A stretch of DNA of 61,943 nucleotides, counting the filler, from an uncultured bacterium (GTDB lineage: Bacteria; Hinthialibacterota; Hinthialibacteria; Hinthialibacterales; Hinthialibacteraceae), in NCBI GenBank assembly GCA_964449065.1. It is 9 parts of 9 records of this genome, joined end to end, with 100 filler letters (N's around TTAATTAATTAA, not from the genome) between each part and the next. Parts side by side here need not be neighbours in the genome. Positions count along the whole stretch, not along the records: positions 20,851 to 27,689 come from CAYVAZ010000287.1; positions 27,790 to 34,612 come from CAYVAZ010000288.1; positions 34,713 to 41,508 come from CAYVAZ010000289.1; 6 more parts are not named here. The stretch is one strand, 5' to 3'. Positions 27,362-36,768 of the stretch are shown here, one piece after another (the first letter of the stretch is position 1; each line of letters starts with the position of its first letter). The position numbers and the translations under genes were made by a program. Under the pieces are notes generated by a model, which worked only from the letters and a program-made list of their open reading frames with translations, had not been told where the DNA came from and searched no databases.

Positions 27362-27448
27362 GTTCAGGTAAGCCTCATTTTGCGCATCAAACTCACTAAA
27401 CTTAAGGCACTTAAGCGAATGTGGTTTGCGGCGTAGCTTAGCCTGAAC
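27362..27448. repeat. 87-bp segment bounded by inverted repeats
   Basis: GTTCAGG-TAAGC ... GCTTAGCCTGAAC; single copy in the window. Confidence 0.5.
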
Positions 27449-27789
27449 ATTCATTATTGATTTAAAGCGGTTTTATACCATATGCAATTAAGAATGGGGT
27501 GGCTGTCACTTCTTTCGCTGGTGATGCGGCTTAACCAATTTTCGATTGGGTTCGCGAAGTAGTGGAGATCAAAGCGTAACCCAACGACGCTTGATTGTGA
27601 TGAGGCAGATCCCCCCTAGTTAAGAGGGGCTAAGGCAATGTCATTGATTTAAGGTATTAAACTTGAAAACGCAATATCTTCTCCCCCAANNNNNNNNNNN
27701 NNNNNNNNNNNNNNNNNNNNNNNNNNNNNNNNNTTAATTAATTAANNNNNNNNNNNNNNNNNNNNNNNNNNNNNNNNNNNNNNNNNNNN

Positions 27790-28963
27790 TTGCGTTTTCA
27801 CCCCCTTCATGCACGGCAATTTCGATATGCAGCAACTCCCCGCTGCCGCTGGCACCGCCATACGTGCTGGCGTACCCTCTCCCATACACATATAAAACCC
27901 CTTCCCGTTCTGAAAATACCTGCGTATCCACTTTCGGATAACTCATGTTCTGCTTCCACCACTGCCCATACGATACCAGTGGATCCACACGGATCACTGC
28001 TGGATCGTAATGAATTTCTGTTGAGAATGACAACATATTTTCGGCATTTTGTATATTCACGGTTACTTGCTTTTTGGGCCCCAGCGGATCAAGGCGTAAT
28101 TCCGTTTCCTTAAATGAAACCGCTGTATTCCATCCCATTGGAAACCAGAAGGGAGCGGAATCCAACTCCGCCAATTCCATATCGATGGCGGATACCGGTT
28201 GAACCGGAATGCGCGGCGCTCCCCCAACGGAATGCAGGATGCCGTTGGAATCCAATAGGATCATTCCCCTTCCAGAAGGCATGATTTCAAAATCAAGATA
28301 ACGTCCCTGCTCCAGTTTCGGTAGTTCAATTTCGTTGGCCTCTTTCGCATTCGCATCGAACACTTGATAAACCGTTCCGTTTTTAGTCAGAACAAAAAAC
28401 GTACGACGATATTGTTCTAAATCAATTGCCTCATCCCGGGATAAGTTTACTGTACGGTTCCATTCGGATTCGCTTGGTCCGCATATCGTGATATGTCCGT
28501 TTGATAGCAACACCGCCAATTGCTTGAGAACCGGGTCATACTCCACATCGCGAATCGGATAAGTAAAGGCGGGAACAACCAAGGATGGAGCCATGCCAAT
28601 GGATTTGATATAGTTTTGTGTGGCAACCCAACCACCATTGCCATTGGGAAGCAATGCCATCCCTACCGCGACATCCTTGTGCAGCATCCCCGATGAAATT
28701 CGAGCTTTGCCCACCGGAAACAACATGCCATTGCCCAGCAATTGTCCCCCGCCTTTTTGCGTCAATTCGAAATCGATGATACCGGGCAGGGGGGAATTCA
28801 ATACCGGCCGGACCATCAGGGTTTCCATCGCGGTTTGATCTAGCGAAATGTCTAAACCCGTGATTCCGCCCCATTGATCCTGCAAAATTAAAATCGGCTT
28901 GGATTGCGCGGCAGTAAATATCCAAATGCTGAGAATGATAGAAAAAAGAATTCGCAAAAACAT
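27790..28963 (-). CDS. Secreted beta-propeller-like protein with cohesin-like domain, 3'-truncated
   Basis: Signal peptide; repeated A.D.E...G...L...G blades; V.VNI.NA.N..SF...I.YDP...SGSGEL. Confidence 0.7.
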
Positions 28964-29025
28964 AAATTTAACTCAACCCGAAACCGTACCGATATTAGAG
29001 AGATATTTTTACAAAGGATTATAAC

Positions 29026-29673
29026 GTGACACGCCTGAATTATACACCGCTTTTCATCATTCCCCTCCTCGTGTGTATGTTAAGCGCATCCGCTTCTGAC
29101 CGGGTTACTTTATTGCATGGGGATATCTTTATCGGCGATCAGCTGCAATTCAATAACGCCCGCTACCTACACGACCGCTTCGGATTTCGAACCAGCACCC
29201 CCTATTGGTTTGTGAGAGAAATCGAAGAAAATGTAAATCAGTTGGAATTAACCTCGACCCAAACCGGCAATGTAACAACAGATACGCTGCGAGTCTTCGG
29301 TGACCGCATCCTATCCGTCACGTCCGATATCCCCATGGAAACCAGCAACTTGGAACTCCACCCCTGGCGCTCCGATCACTGGATCGCCGCCGAGCGCTTC
29401 ATCCGCGGCTATATCGCCAACCGTTCCAGTGAAGGGTACAACGTCTTACACGCATCCATGGTCTTTTACGGCACAGCCCCTGCCCTGCCCCCCAACCAAA
29501 CGCCTAGACAAGTACGCCTGCTGGAAGAAAAAATCACCGTCTTCAAACTCTACCCCCACACCATGAAACCCTTCTTGGTCGACGCATGGCACGTACCCTG
29601 GGATCAAGTGGAATCCATTCGGGTGGTCAAAACCGGAGAGTCATTGATGGTCCGCAAACACTTCAGTCCGTAA
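29026..29673 (+). CDS. Hypothetical secreted protein (FxLYD-like C-terminal domain)
   Basis: Signal peptide; IRGYIAN.S...Y.......VFY. Confidence 0.6.
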   Translation: MTRLNYTPLFIIPLLVCMLSASASDRVTLLHGDIFIGDQLQFNNARYLHDRFGFRTSTPYWFVREIEENVNQLELTSTQTGNVTTDTLRVFGDRILSVTSDIPMETSNLELHPWRSDHWIAAERFIRGYIANRSSEGYNVLHASMVFYGTAPALPPNQTPRQVRLLEEKITVFKLYPHTMKPFLVDAWHVPWDQVESIRVVKTGESLMVRKHFSP

Positions 29674-29683
29674 CCGAAGAGAT

Positions 29684-29935
29684 TTAAACCGCCTCAAACT
29701 TACGGGGTACTAAACGAACGTGAATATCTAAATTGCGGTCAAATAAATCTGCTGTTTTTCTTAAAAAAGACAAATACTCGCCTTCATATCCTCCCTGTTC
29801 AATCAATTCCAGCGTTTCAGAAGAAATTCCAAGCATTTCAGACAACTCATCTTGCTTCATTTCCGCTTCTTCACGCGTTTGATATATAGCTTCCCCAACA
29901 TGAATGCCGAAATGTGTTTCCTCCAATAGAGCCAA
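29684..29935 (-). CDS. XRE/HigA-like HTH protein, possibly 5'-damaged
   Basis: IY..R..A...Q.EL...LG.S......E...Y.G..L..LR; frame extends to an in-frame TGA at 29987-29989. Confidence 0.65.
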   Translation of the reverse strand: MALLEETHFGIHVGEAIYQTREEAEMKQDELSEMLGISSETLELIEQGGYEGEYLSFLRKTADLFDRNLDIHVRLVPRKFEAV

Positions 29936-29999
29936 ACATTCCGGGTCGTTTTTGATGTTATTCAGGCGGAACGATTTTTTCTTTCTTCAAACCATGTGT

Positions 30000-30106
30000 T
30001 AGCGCATTTCAGAGTTGGATAGACAGAATCTGCCGTTATTTCCCACCTTATTAAGGGGGGGATCAAAGACGATCTCTTTCTATCTACACAAACCTGAATT
30101 GCTCTA
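30000..30106 (-). mobile_element. MITE family B shell with different cargo (107 bp)
   Basis: Minus strand: TAGAGCAATTCAGGTTTGTGTAGA...CTATCCAACTCTGAAATGCGCTA; interior CCCCCCCTTAATAAGGTGGG. Confidence 0.85.
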
Positions 30107-30213
30107 ATGTAAAGTTTCGTATTACCACCTTCAAGATAACCAACCTTTATTCTCAAAGCAGATTACATTTAACTCCATTATTTTGCAAACATTTCACAAC
30201 TAGTGAGGATGTA

Positions 30214-30525
30214 TTACAGGAACACAGGCAAGACCGGCAGTTCGGTGGTGTTCCGAAGAATCCAGCGCCTCAACATGTTTCGCGCTTGGTACCATTCCCT
30301 GCAGGGGTGCTGAGACGAGTTTTTTCGGATTTCGCGTCTCAATTCATGTTGAGATTTCATGGAATTTTGGCGAGATTCTATCCGCCTGGATTGTTCCCTA
30401 TAACTGCCGCAATCGAAAAAGGGGCGCCCCGATTTCACAATAATTAAAAAAACAAAAGAAAGAAAACAAAAGATAAAAGGTAACAGGTTAGCGGTGTGAA
30501 GTAAAAAATCAAAAAAAGGTTCCAT
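30214..30525 (-). CDS. Hypothetical small membrane protein
   Basis: ORF with N-terminal TM and GGAGGA upstream, but that RBS-like motif lies in a repeat hairpin. Confidence 0.35.
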   Translation of the reverse strand: MEPFFDFLLHTANLLPFIFCFLSFVFLIIVKSGRPFFDCGSYREQSRRIESRQNSMKSQHELRREIRKNSSQHPCREWYQARNMLRRWILRNTTELPVLPVFL

Positions 30526-30606
30526 ATTCCTCCCCCAATGCAATGGGATGAGGTTAGGAGAGGGTTAAGACACTCTCTTACAAAACCGGATGAGGAATAA
30601 TTACTT

Positions 30607-31614
30607 TTACTGTATCTCCCCATTCTCAATCCGTTTGGTCATCTCATCAATCACCTGCTGGCGGGCTTCTTCCACCGTGCCGTGCAGCAACGCGCCCGCC
30701 GCCCGTTGATGCCCTCCTCCCCCAAACTTGTTGGCAGAGATGGCAATATTGTTATTCCCTTTTCCGCGCCAACTGACTTTCACGCGCTTGTCCGCCTCTT
30801 CCCGCAAATAGATTCCCACACTTACCCCTTCAATCGTACGCACTAAATCAGAAAACCCTTCGTCTTCCATCACATCCGCGCCGCTCTCTTTTATCATATC
30901 CAGCGACGTATGCATCACCGCCAGTTTGCCGTCACAATACACCTTCAAATTTTCAAACGCCATCGACATCAAACGCAGCCGGGCAAAGCGGGTCGTCCCA
31001 AACACCGGATCATAAACGTGTGTTGGCTGCACACCGGCCTCTAGGCATCTCGCGGCAATACGATGAGACTCAACAGTGGTATTGGGCAAATGAAAATTCT
31101 GCGTATCGACAATCAACCCCAGATAAATGGGCTCAGCAATATCCAGTGTAAGTTCCATCTCCAAATGTTCCAAAAAATGATAAATCAAAACGGTCGTCGA
31201 TGGCGCCGATGTATCCACCAAGCGAACCCCGGAAAATGAATCATGCGGCGGGTGGTGATCAATACAAATCTTCGCTCCGGGATGCGCTTGAAATACTTTA
31301 CCCACATCGCCCAATCGTTTCCACAATCCCGCGTCCGTCATGATCAATGCGTGACGGTCGCTTAAATCCGGTGGATTGGATTCAAAATCAATCACTTCAC
31401 CATTGTGCAAAAACGGATGAAACGAAGGGCCGAGTTTTTTCTCCAAAATAAAAAGAACATCTTTGCCGCGTTTTTCTAATATCCGCTTGAGCGCCAATCC
31501 GGACCCGACTGCATCCCCATCCGGATTGATATGGCTGGAAATCGCGAAACGCGCGTGTTGATCAATAACGGATTGAATCTCATCCCAACTGCCTTGCTGT
31601 ATATGCTCAGACAC
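30607..31614 (-). CDS. nrnA: DHH/DHHA1 phosphoesterase (bifunctional oligoribonuclease/pAp phosphatase)
   Basis: H.NPDGDA.GS, IDHH, DT..F, GGGGH..AAG. Confidence 0.92.
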   Translation of the reverse strand: MSEHIQQGSWDEIQSVIDQHARFAISSHINPDGDAVGSGLALKRILEKRGKDVLFILEKKLGPSFHPFLHNGEVIDFESNPPDLSDRHALIMTDAGLWKRLGDVGKVFQAHPGAKICIDHHPPHDSFSGVRLVDTSAPSTTVLIYHFLEHLEMELTLDIAEPIYLGLIVDTQNFHLPNTTVESHRIAARCLEAGVQPTHVYDPVFGTTRFARLRLMSMAFENLKVYCDGKLAVMHTSLDMIKESGADVMEDEGFSDLVRTIEGVSVGIYLREEADKRVKVSWRGKGNNNIAISANKFGGGGHQRAAGALLHGTVEEARQQVIDEMTKRIENGEIQ

Positions 31615-31710
31615 AAGTATTCTCCACTTCGGTAGTCATGATGAGAATTCTAATGGAATTACCCATCGCGGAAAGGTTTAACAAAATAACTCTGGATACC
31701 ATTGTTCACT

Positions 31711-34608
31711 TTAAAACGAAAAATAAATCGCTTTTGGCGGGATAATTTGCTCCGGAAGATTCTGCTTCGGCCCCACGACTTTCCGTCGATCATCCAAATT
31801 CAAATACATATTCATTGCTCCCTGCTTGCTCACAAACACCCGGTTGGTCTCCCCATCCGCGGCCGTGCTGAACTTGAATCGGGGATCCAGCAAATCAGGA
31901 TGAGCCATCACCGTGCTAAGCAGTTCCATAAACATCCAATTGTTTACATGCTCTTGCGGCATCACTAATGTGATGCCGCGTCCCGTCTCCCGCAAAAACG
32001 AAGTCCGCAATAATTCCCGCTCAAATTGAGGGGTATTCGGTGCCTGCCCTCTTACGGTCCTGTTTTGAATTTGCCCATTCACAGGCAGCAGCGCAATCCG
32101 GCTGACCGCCATCGTTACCGGAAATGATCGGGTCGCCCCCAACACCTGTCCGGCGCTCCACTCTTGCCCGCGAAGATGGATTTCCACATCCCGGTTTCTA
32201 GGTCGCTGCGCGCCGGTTAATTCCCTCTTCCACTTCACTTCACCGGAACCGTCAATCGTCCCCACGTTTCGGCCGCCAACATACACATCCACCGGATGGT
32301 CTTTCGCCGCGTATCCGTCAATCTGCAATTCATAATCCCGCCCGGGTATCATCGGAAGCGTGGCCTTGGCATTTTCACGAAACCACCGGAACGAATCGAA
32401 TTCAAATCCGTAAAAATTTGCCGTGCTCTCTCCCTCCGGCGCGCTCCATTTCCCTTCCAAAAACGGCTGATCCATACCGGTGCCGATTTGAATATTCCGC
32501 CTATCCGCCGGTTGAATCGGCTCTCCTTCGGTTAATTGGGCATCTTTTGATCTGGGCACAATCGTCCATACACCATTGCGTTGTTCCAACTTCCCGGCAA
32601 ACAATTGTTCATTGATTGTGCGGTCACCCTGCGGACTTTGCCACGCTTGATCCATGTGAACAATCAAAGCGCTGCCTCCCCGGGCAAGCCGTTCAAATTG
32701 TTGAAACGTTTCACTCCGCCAAACATGCCCTACTGGCACAATCACAATTGGATATTGAGATGGATTTATGTATTGCAGTTCCAATTCATCCACCACATCA
32801 AAATCAAAGCGCTCGCGCAAATCGCTCACAATCCGGCTGAATTCCTGGTCATCGGTATGCGAAACGGCTGTCCGCGGAAACACCACAACCGCGTTGCGGT
32901 TCGGCAACGTAGACCGCAGCGCATTTGTTGATTTGGAATACAAATCCCACGCGTCTTTTGGTTGCAACGCCGCTTCATGAAATTGAAGAATTCTTCCTCC
33001 CTCACTGGCCATCGAATACATCCCGCTCATCACCGATGTGCTCGAATACTGTCCGGTGAGATGCAATCCAAACGGAACCCCCAATATCCGGGCGGAACGC
33101 GCCATCATCAGCCAGGTATACAAACGCGTTGGGGTTTCTTCCCGGCTCGTCATCACCAGCGAACTCCCCGATTGCGATGCCAATGCTGCTACCGTTGAAT
33201 AATCCGTAGCGGTATACAAATACCGGTCGCCGACCTCTATAGCAATTTTCGCCTGCGGAAAATAGTTCTTGGCGGATTGTACGATGTTCGCCATCAATCG
33301 GGTAAGCGATTGCTGATACCATACCAACATATCCGCTTTCGCGGCCGCATTGGGGTCTGTCGATGCAATCAGGACTGCCTCATCCCATGAGCCTAGCCGT
33401 CTCCCCCATGCCGATGCTATCCGCGATAACGTTCCGTATTGACTGCTTAAATGCCGGGCTAGGCTTCGTTGCGCAAGAGGATCCCCAATCCAAAAATCCG
33501 GATACCCGCCGCTTTGTTCTGTCGAGAGCAGCAATGGCCCCCAGTCGCCGGCAAAAGAAAGCATGAGTTGATTAATATTCACACCGCCTGATTTCCGCTT
33601 CAGTTGGATAAACATATCCGTATACAACCGCGGTAAGGCCGGCTCCCATAACGAGATCATTGGTCCTGTACTTTTGTTGTTAACCGAAACAGCGCGCTGC
33701 ATTTGATCTATGGCATTTGAAGGGATCTGATGCACGTTGCCGATTGAAAACCGGGGCACCCAATGAATCCCTTGCTGCTGAATCAATTCCGCCCGCTGCA
33801 TAACCGGGTTTTTCTCTCCCGGCGGATCATCCTGATACAATTCGGTAACATCAAATGTCTCAATAAGCGATTGCACTCCCCACGAGCGGTACAACTTCAT
33901 CTTGCTTTGGAGGAATGAAACATCACTCTCGATCTCTTTTGCTTCGTTCGCATTGATGTGAATGGCAAACGAATACCCCGGCGGCACCGAAACCGTTGGC
34001 TGGCGGAAATCATCAAACTGCTTATGCTTGGGTTGGGAAAACGGAACCCGCGTAACCGCCACCTGCCGGATCAAAATATCCGGACAATGAAGTTTGAAAT
34101 CACTTTCGTTCTCAAACAGGTGGTCGAAAAACGCGTCTTCCAATTGAAACGTATGCCGCTCCCAAAACCCGCTGTTGCCTAGAAATATACGCTGCGATTG
34201 CAGTACCGGCTCAGCCTCTTCATCCTCACGCTGGTAATACTCCAACTCCAATGCGCTTTTGCCCGCATCCAAATACTGCACGGATACATAAAACGTTCCC
34301 GTTGTGGTGATCAACTGATCGGTCGCCACCTGAAAATACAGCGATGGCTTCTTCGAATCCGCCCCCGGCTTTACCCCGCGTGATCCGAGTTGAACATCTT
34401 CTTCATACGTCACGCCATCCGGATTGTTCATCTGCAGCGCTTGCGTATATAATGGGCGGGTAAACGAGACATACGCCGCAACCCGCCCGTCCTTCAACAT
34501 TCGCGGAACCACCCGCTTTTGCTGCGGTTGATCTTGGGCTTCAACCACCGTGGAAGCCGTCAATATGAATAACGCGATCAATAAAAAAGAGGCGATTTTG
34601 TTCAACAT
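31711..34608 (-). CDS. Large secreted GH42/GH14-like multidomain protein
   Basis: Signal peptide; N-terminal jelly-roll; D.W.GDP.A......L...YGT......AWG; trimerisation-domain-like FD.V.E region. Confidence 0.55.
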   Translation of the reverse strand: MLNKIASFLLIALFILTASTVVEAQDQPQQKRVVPRMLKDGRVAAYVSFTRPLYTQALQMNNPDGVTYEEDVQLGSRGVKPGADSKKPSLYFQVATDQLITTTGTFYVSVQYLDAGKSALELEYYQREDEEAEPVLQSQRIFLGNSGFWERHTFQLEDAFFDHLFENESDFKLHCPDILIRQVAVTRVPFSQPKHKQFDDFRQPTVSVPPGYSFAIHINANEAKEIESDVSFLQSKMKLYRSWGVQSLIETFDVTELYQDDPPGEKNPVMQRAELIQQQGIHWVPRFSIGNVHQIPSNAIDQMQRAVSVNNKSTGPMISLWEPALPRLYTDMFIQLKRKSGGVNINQLMLSFAGDWGPLLLSTEQSGGYPDFWIGDPLAQRSLARHLSSQYGTLSRIASAWGRRLGSWDEAVLIASTDPNAAAKADMLVWYQQSLTRLMANIVQSAKNYFPQAKIAIEVGDRYLYTATDYSTVAALASQSGSSLVMTSREETPTRLYTWLMMARSARILGVPFGLHLTGQYSSTSVMSGMYSMASEGGRILQFHEAALQPKDAWDLYSKSTNALRSTLPNRNAVVVFPRTAVSHTDDQEFSRIVSDLRERFDFDVVDELELQYINPSQYPIVIVPVGHVWRSETFQQFERLARGGSALIVHMDQAWQSPQGDRTINEQLFAGKLEQRNGVWTIVPRSKDAQLTEGEPIQPADRRNIQIGTGMDQPFLEGKWSAPEGESTANFYGFEFDSFRWFRENAKATLPMIPGRDYELQIDGYAAKDHPVDVYVGGRNVGTIDGSGEVKWKRELTGAQRPRNRDVEIHLRGQEWSAGQVLGATRSFPVTMAVSRIALLPVNGQIQNRTVRGQAPNTPQFERELLRTSFLRETGRGITLVMPQEHVNNWMFMELLSTVMAHPDLLDPRFKFSTAADGETNRVFVSKQGAMNMYLNLDDRRKVVGPKQNLPEQIIPPKAIYFSF

Positions 34609-34712
34609 GAGANNNNNNNNNNNNNNNNNNNNNNNNNNNNNNNNNNNNNNNNNNNNTTAATTAATTAANNNNNNNNNNNNNNNNNNNNNNNNNNNNNNNN
34701 NNNNNNNNNNNN

Positions 34713-35875
34713 AATCCGGCAAAACCTTTTCCGGCCACATGTTCATCGATGCCACTTATGAAGGCGATCTGATGGCCAAAGCCGGCGTCTCTTACCATGT
34801 TGGCAGAGAGGCGAATTCCGTTTACAACGAAACCCTCAATGGTGTGCAAACCATTCTCTTTAGACAATATAATGATGGATTACGTGCCCGCAACATGCAA
34901 AATCACAATTTCCGCAATCCGGTCGATCCATTCATCATTCCCGGCGTGCCATCCAGTGGATTATTGCCGGGGGTGCAAGACGGCCCTCCCGGTGATTACA
35001 GTTCTGGAGACCACCGCGTGCAGGCCTATAACTTCCGTATTTGCATGACGGATGCCGAAGAAAACAAACGCCCGTTCCCTAAGCCCGCGGGGTACAACAC
35101 AATGCGGTATGAACTCTTGTTGCGTTACATCAAAACCGGTGTGTTTGATGTTCTCAATTTAAGCACCCCCATGCCAAACCGTAAAACCGATACCAATAAC
35201 AAAGGGGCTTTCTCTAGCGATAATATCGGCATGAACTACGACTATCCTGATGGTGACTACGAAACACGCGAACGGATCTTTCAGGATCACGTTACCTACC
35301 AGCAAGGCATGATGTGGTTTTTATCCAATGACCCGCGCGTGCCGGACGATGTGCGAAATAAAGTCCGCCGCTGGGGATTGGCGAAAGACGAATTTACCGA
35401 TCACGGCAACTGGCCGCATCAATTGTATGTCCGTGAAGCCCGCCGGATGATTTCCGATGTTGTCATGACCGAGCACCACTGCCGCGGCCATAAGGTAGTA
35501 GAAGACGTTGTAGGATTGGCTGCTTACGGGATGGATTCGCACAACGTACAGCGCTATGAAACCGGTGGAATTGTTTTAAATGAAGGCAATGTTGAAGCGC
35601 ATCCATTGTCGCCCTATGCGGTGTCATACCGCTCCATTCGTCCCAAGCGTGAGGAATGCAAAAACCTGCTTGTGCCGGTATGTGTATCGTCATCACACAT
35701 CGCGTTCGGTTCCATTCGCATGGAACCGGTCTTTATGGTTCTGGGACAATCCGCGGCAACCGCGGCCTGCTTGGCTATCGATGACGGAATTGCCGTGCAG
35801 GATGTGGACTACAAAAAACTCCGCAAGAACCTGATTACGGATAAGCAGGTTTTAAAATGGGAATCGACTGAATAA
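34713..35875 (+). CDS. FAD-dependent oxidoreductase (FAD_oxidored family), 5'-truncated
   Basis: FIDATYEGDLMA.AGV.Y.VGRE, QAYNFR.C.T, YVREARRM, SHIAFGSIRMEPV. Confidence 0.92.
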
Positions 35876-36145
35876 CTCATGTTACGCACTACATTATGAT
35901 AGACCCGTTTTTCTAATCGTTCGCTGAATCTGTCGCCCTCGCCCACTGGGAGAGGGACGGGGTGAGGGTTCGGGAGGAATAAACCTCTATTTACGCGACT
36001 GCGTCATAAGGAGCAATCGCTCTCATCGCCCTCATCTCTTATCTTCTCCCAAAGGGAGAAGGCGATAGTCGTACTGAAAATTAAAGGACTTTCAATAGAC
36101 CTCAATTTCAACATGAACTTTCTATTCCCTTTTGCGTAACATCAG
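35876..36145 (+). mobile_element. MITE family A, complete 270-bp copy
   Basis: 13-bp TIRs CTCATGTTACGCA / TGCGTAACATCAG (1 mismatch); begins right after a TAA stop; no ORF. Confidence 0.88.
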
Positions 36146-36164
36146 TTTATAAGATACATTATCT

Positions 36165-36545
36165 TTATGAAACAATAGCAATGGCATCCATTTCTACCGC
36201 GACACCTTTTGGCAATGCCGCCGCTTGGATGCATGCCCGCGCGGGTTTGCTGACTCCAAAGTACTCTTCATAAAGATCGTTTAATACCGTAAAGTTATTA
36301 ATATCATCCAAATAGATTGTTACCTTTACCGTATCTTCCAGCGAGGAACCGGATGATTCCAGCATCATTTTCAGGTTATCCAGCGTTTGCCGCGCCTGCG
36401 CTTCGAACGATCCCGTCTCGATGGAGCCGTCATTTTTCATCGGAATCTGTCCGGACACAAACACAAAGCTGTTCGCAACCACGGCAGGAGAATAAGGCCC
36501 CACGGGAGCAGGGCCGTTTGGTGGAGAGACCAGTTTTTTATCCAT
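36165..36545 (-). CDS. ridA: RidA/YjgF-family reactive intermediate deaminase
   Basis: GPYS.A, SGQIP, VKVTIYL, PARAC, LPKG..VE.DAIA. Confidence 0.93.
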   Translation of the reverse strand: MDKKLVSPPNGPAPVGPYSPAVVANSFVFVSGQIPMKNDGSIETGSFEAQARQTLDNLKMMLESSGSSLEDTVKVTIYLDDINNFTVLNDLYEEYFGVSKPARACIQAAALPKGVAVEMDAIAIVS

Positions 36546-36594
36546 AATCACCCTCTTATACGAAATAATACCATTTCCAATTTGGATTGTTAAC

Positions 36595-36689
36595 TAGAGC
36601 AATTCAGGTTTGCGTAGAGGTACAACGTGTACATCCATGTACCGGCTTGAAGCCGATGCCACCCGGCTATTCAACTCTAAAACGCTCTA
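36595..36689 (+). mobile_element. MITE family B, 95 bp, copy 3
   Basis: cTAGAGCAATTCAGG...CTAAAACGCTCTAg. Confidence 0.88.
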
Positions 36690-36709
36690 GCATATATGAT
36701 TCTTAAATC

Positions 36710-36739
36710 AAAAGAAACAGCCCGGATCACTCCGGGCTG
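36710..36739 (-). terminator. Rho-independent terminator of the 549-aa gene
   Basis: CAGCCCGGA-4 nt-TCCGGGCTG stem followed by TTTCTTTT on the minus strand. Confidence 0.75.
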
Positions 36740-36768
36740 ATTTCAGTTTACCCTATCAAAAAGAAAGG

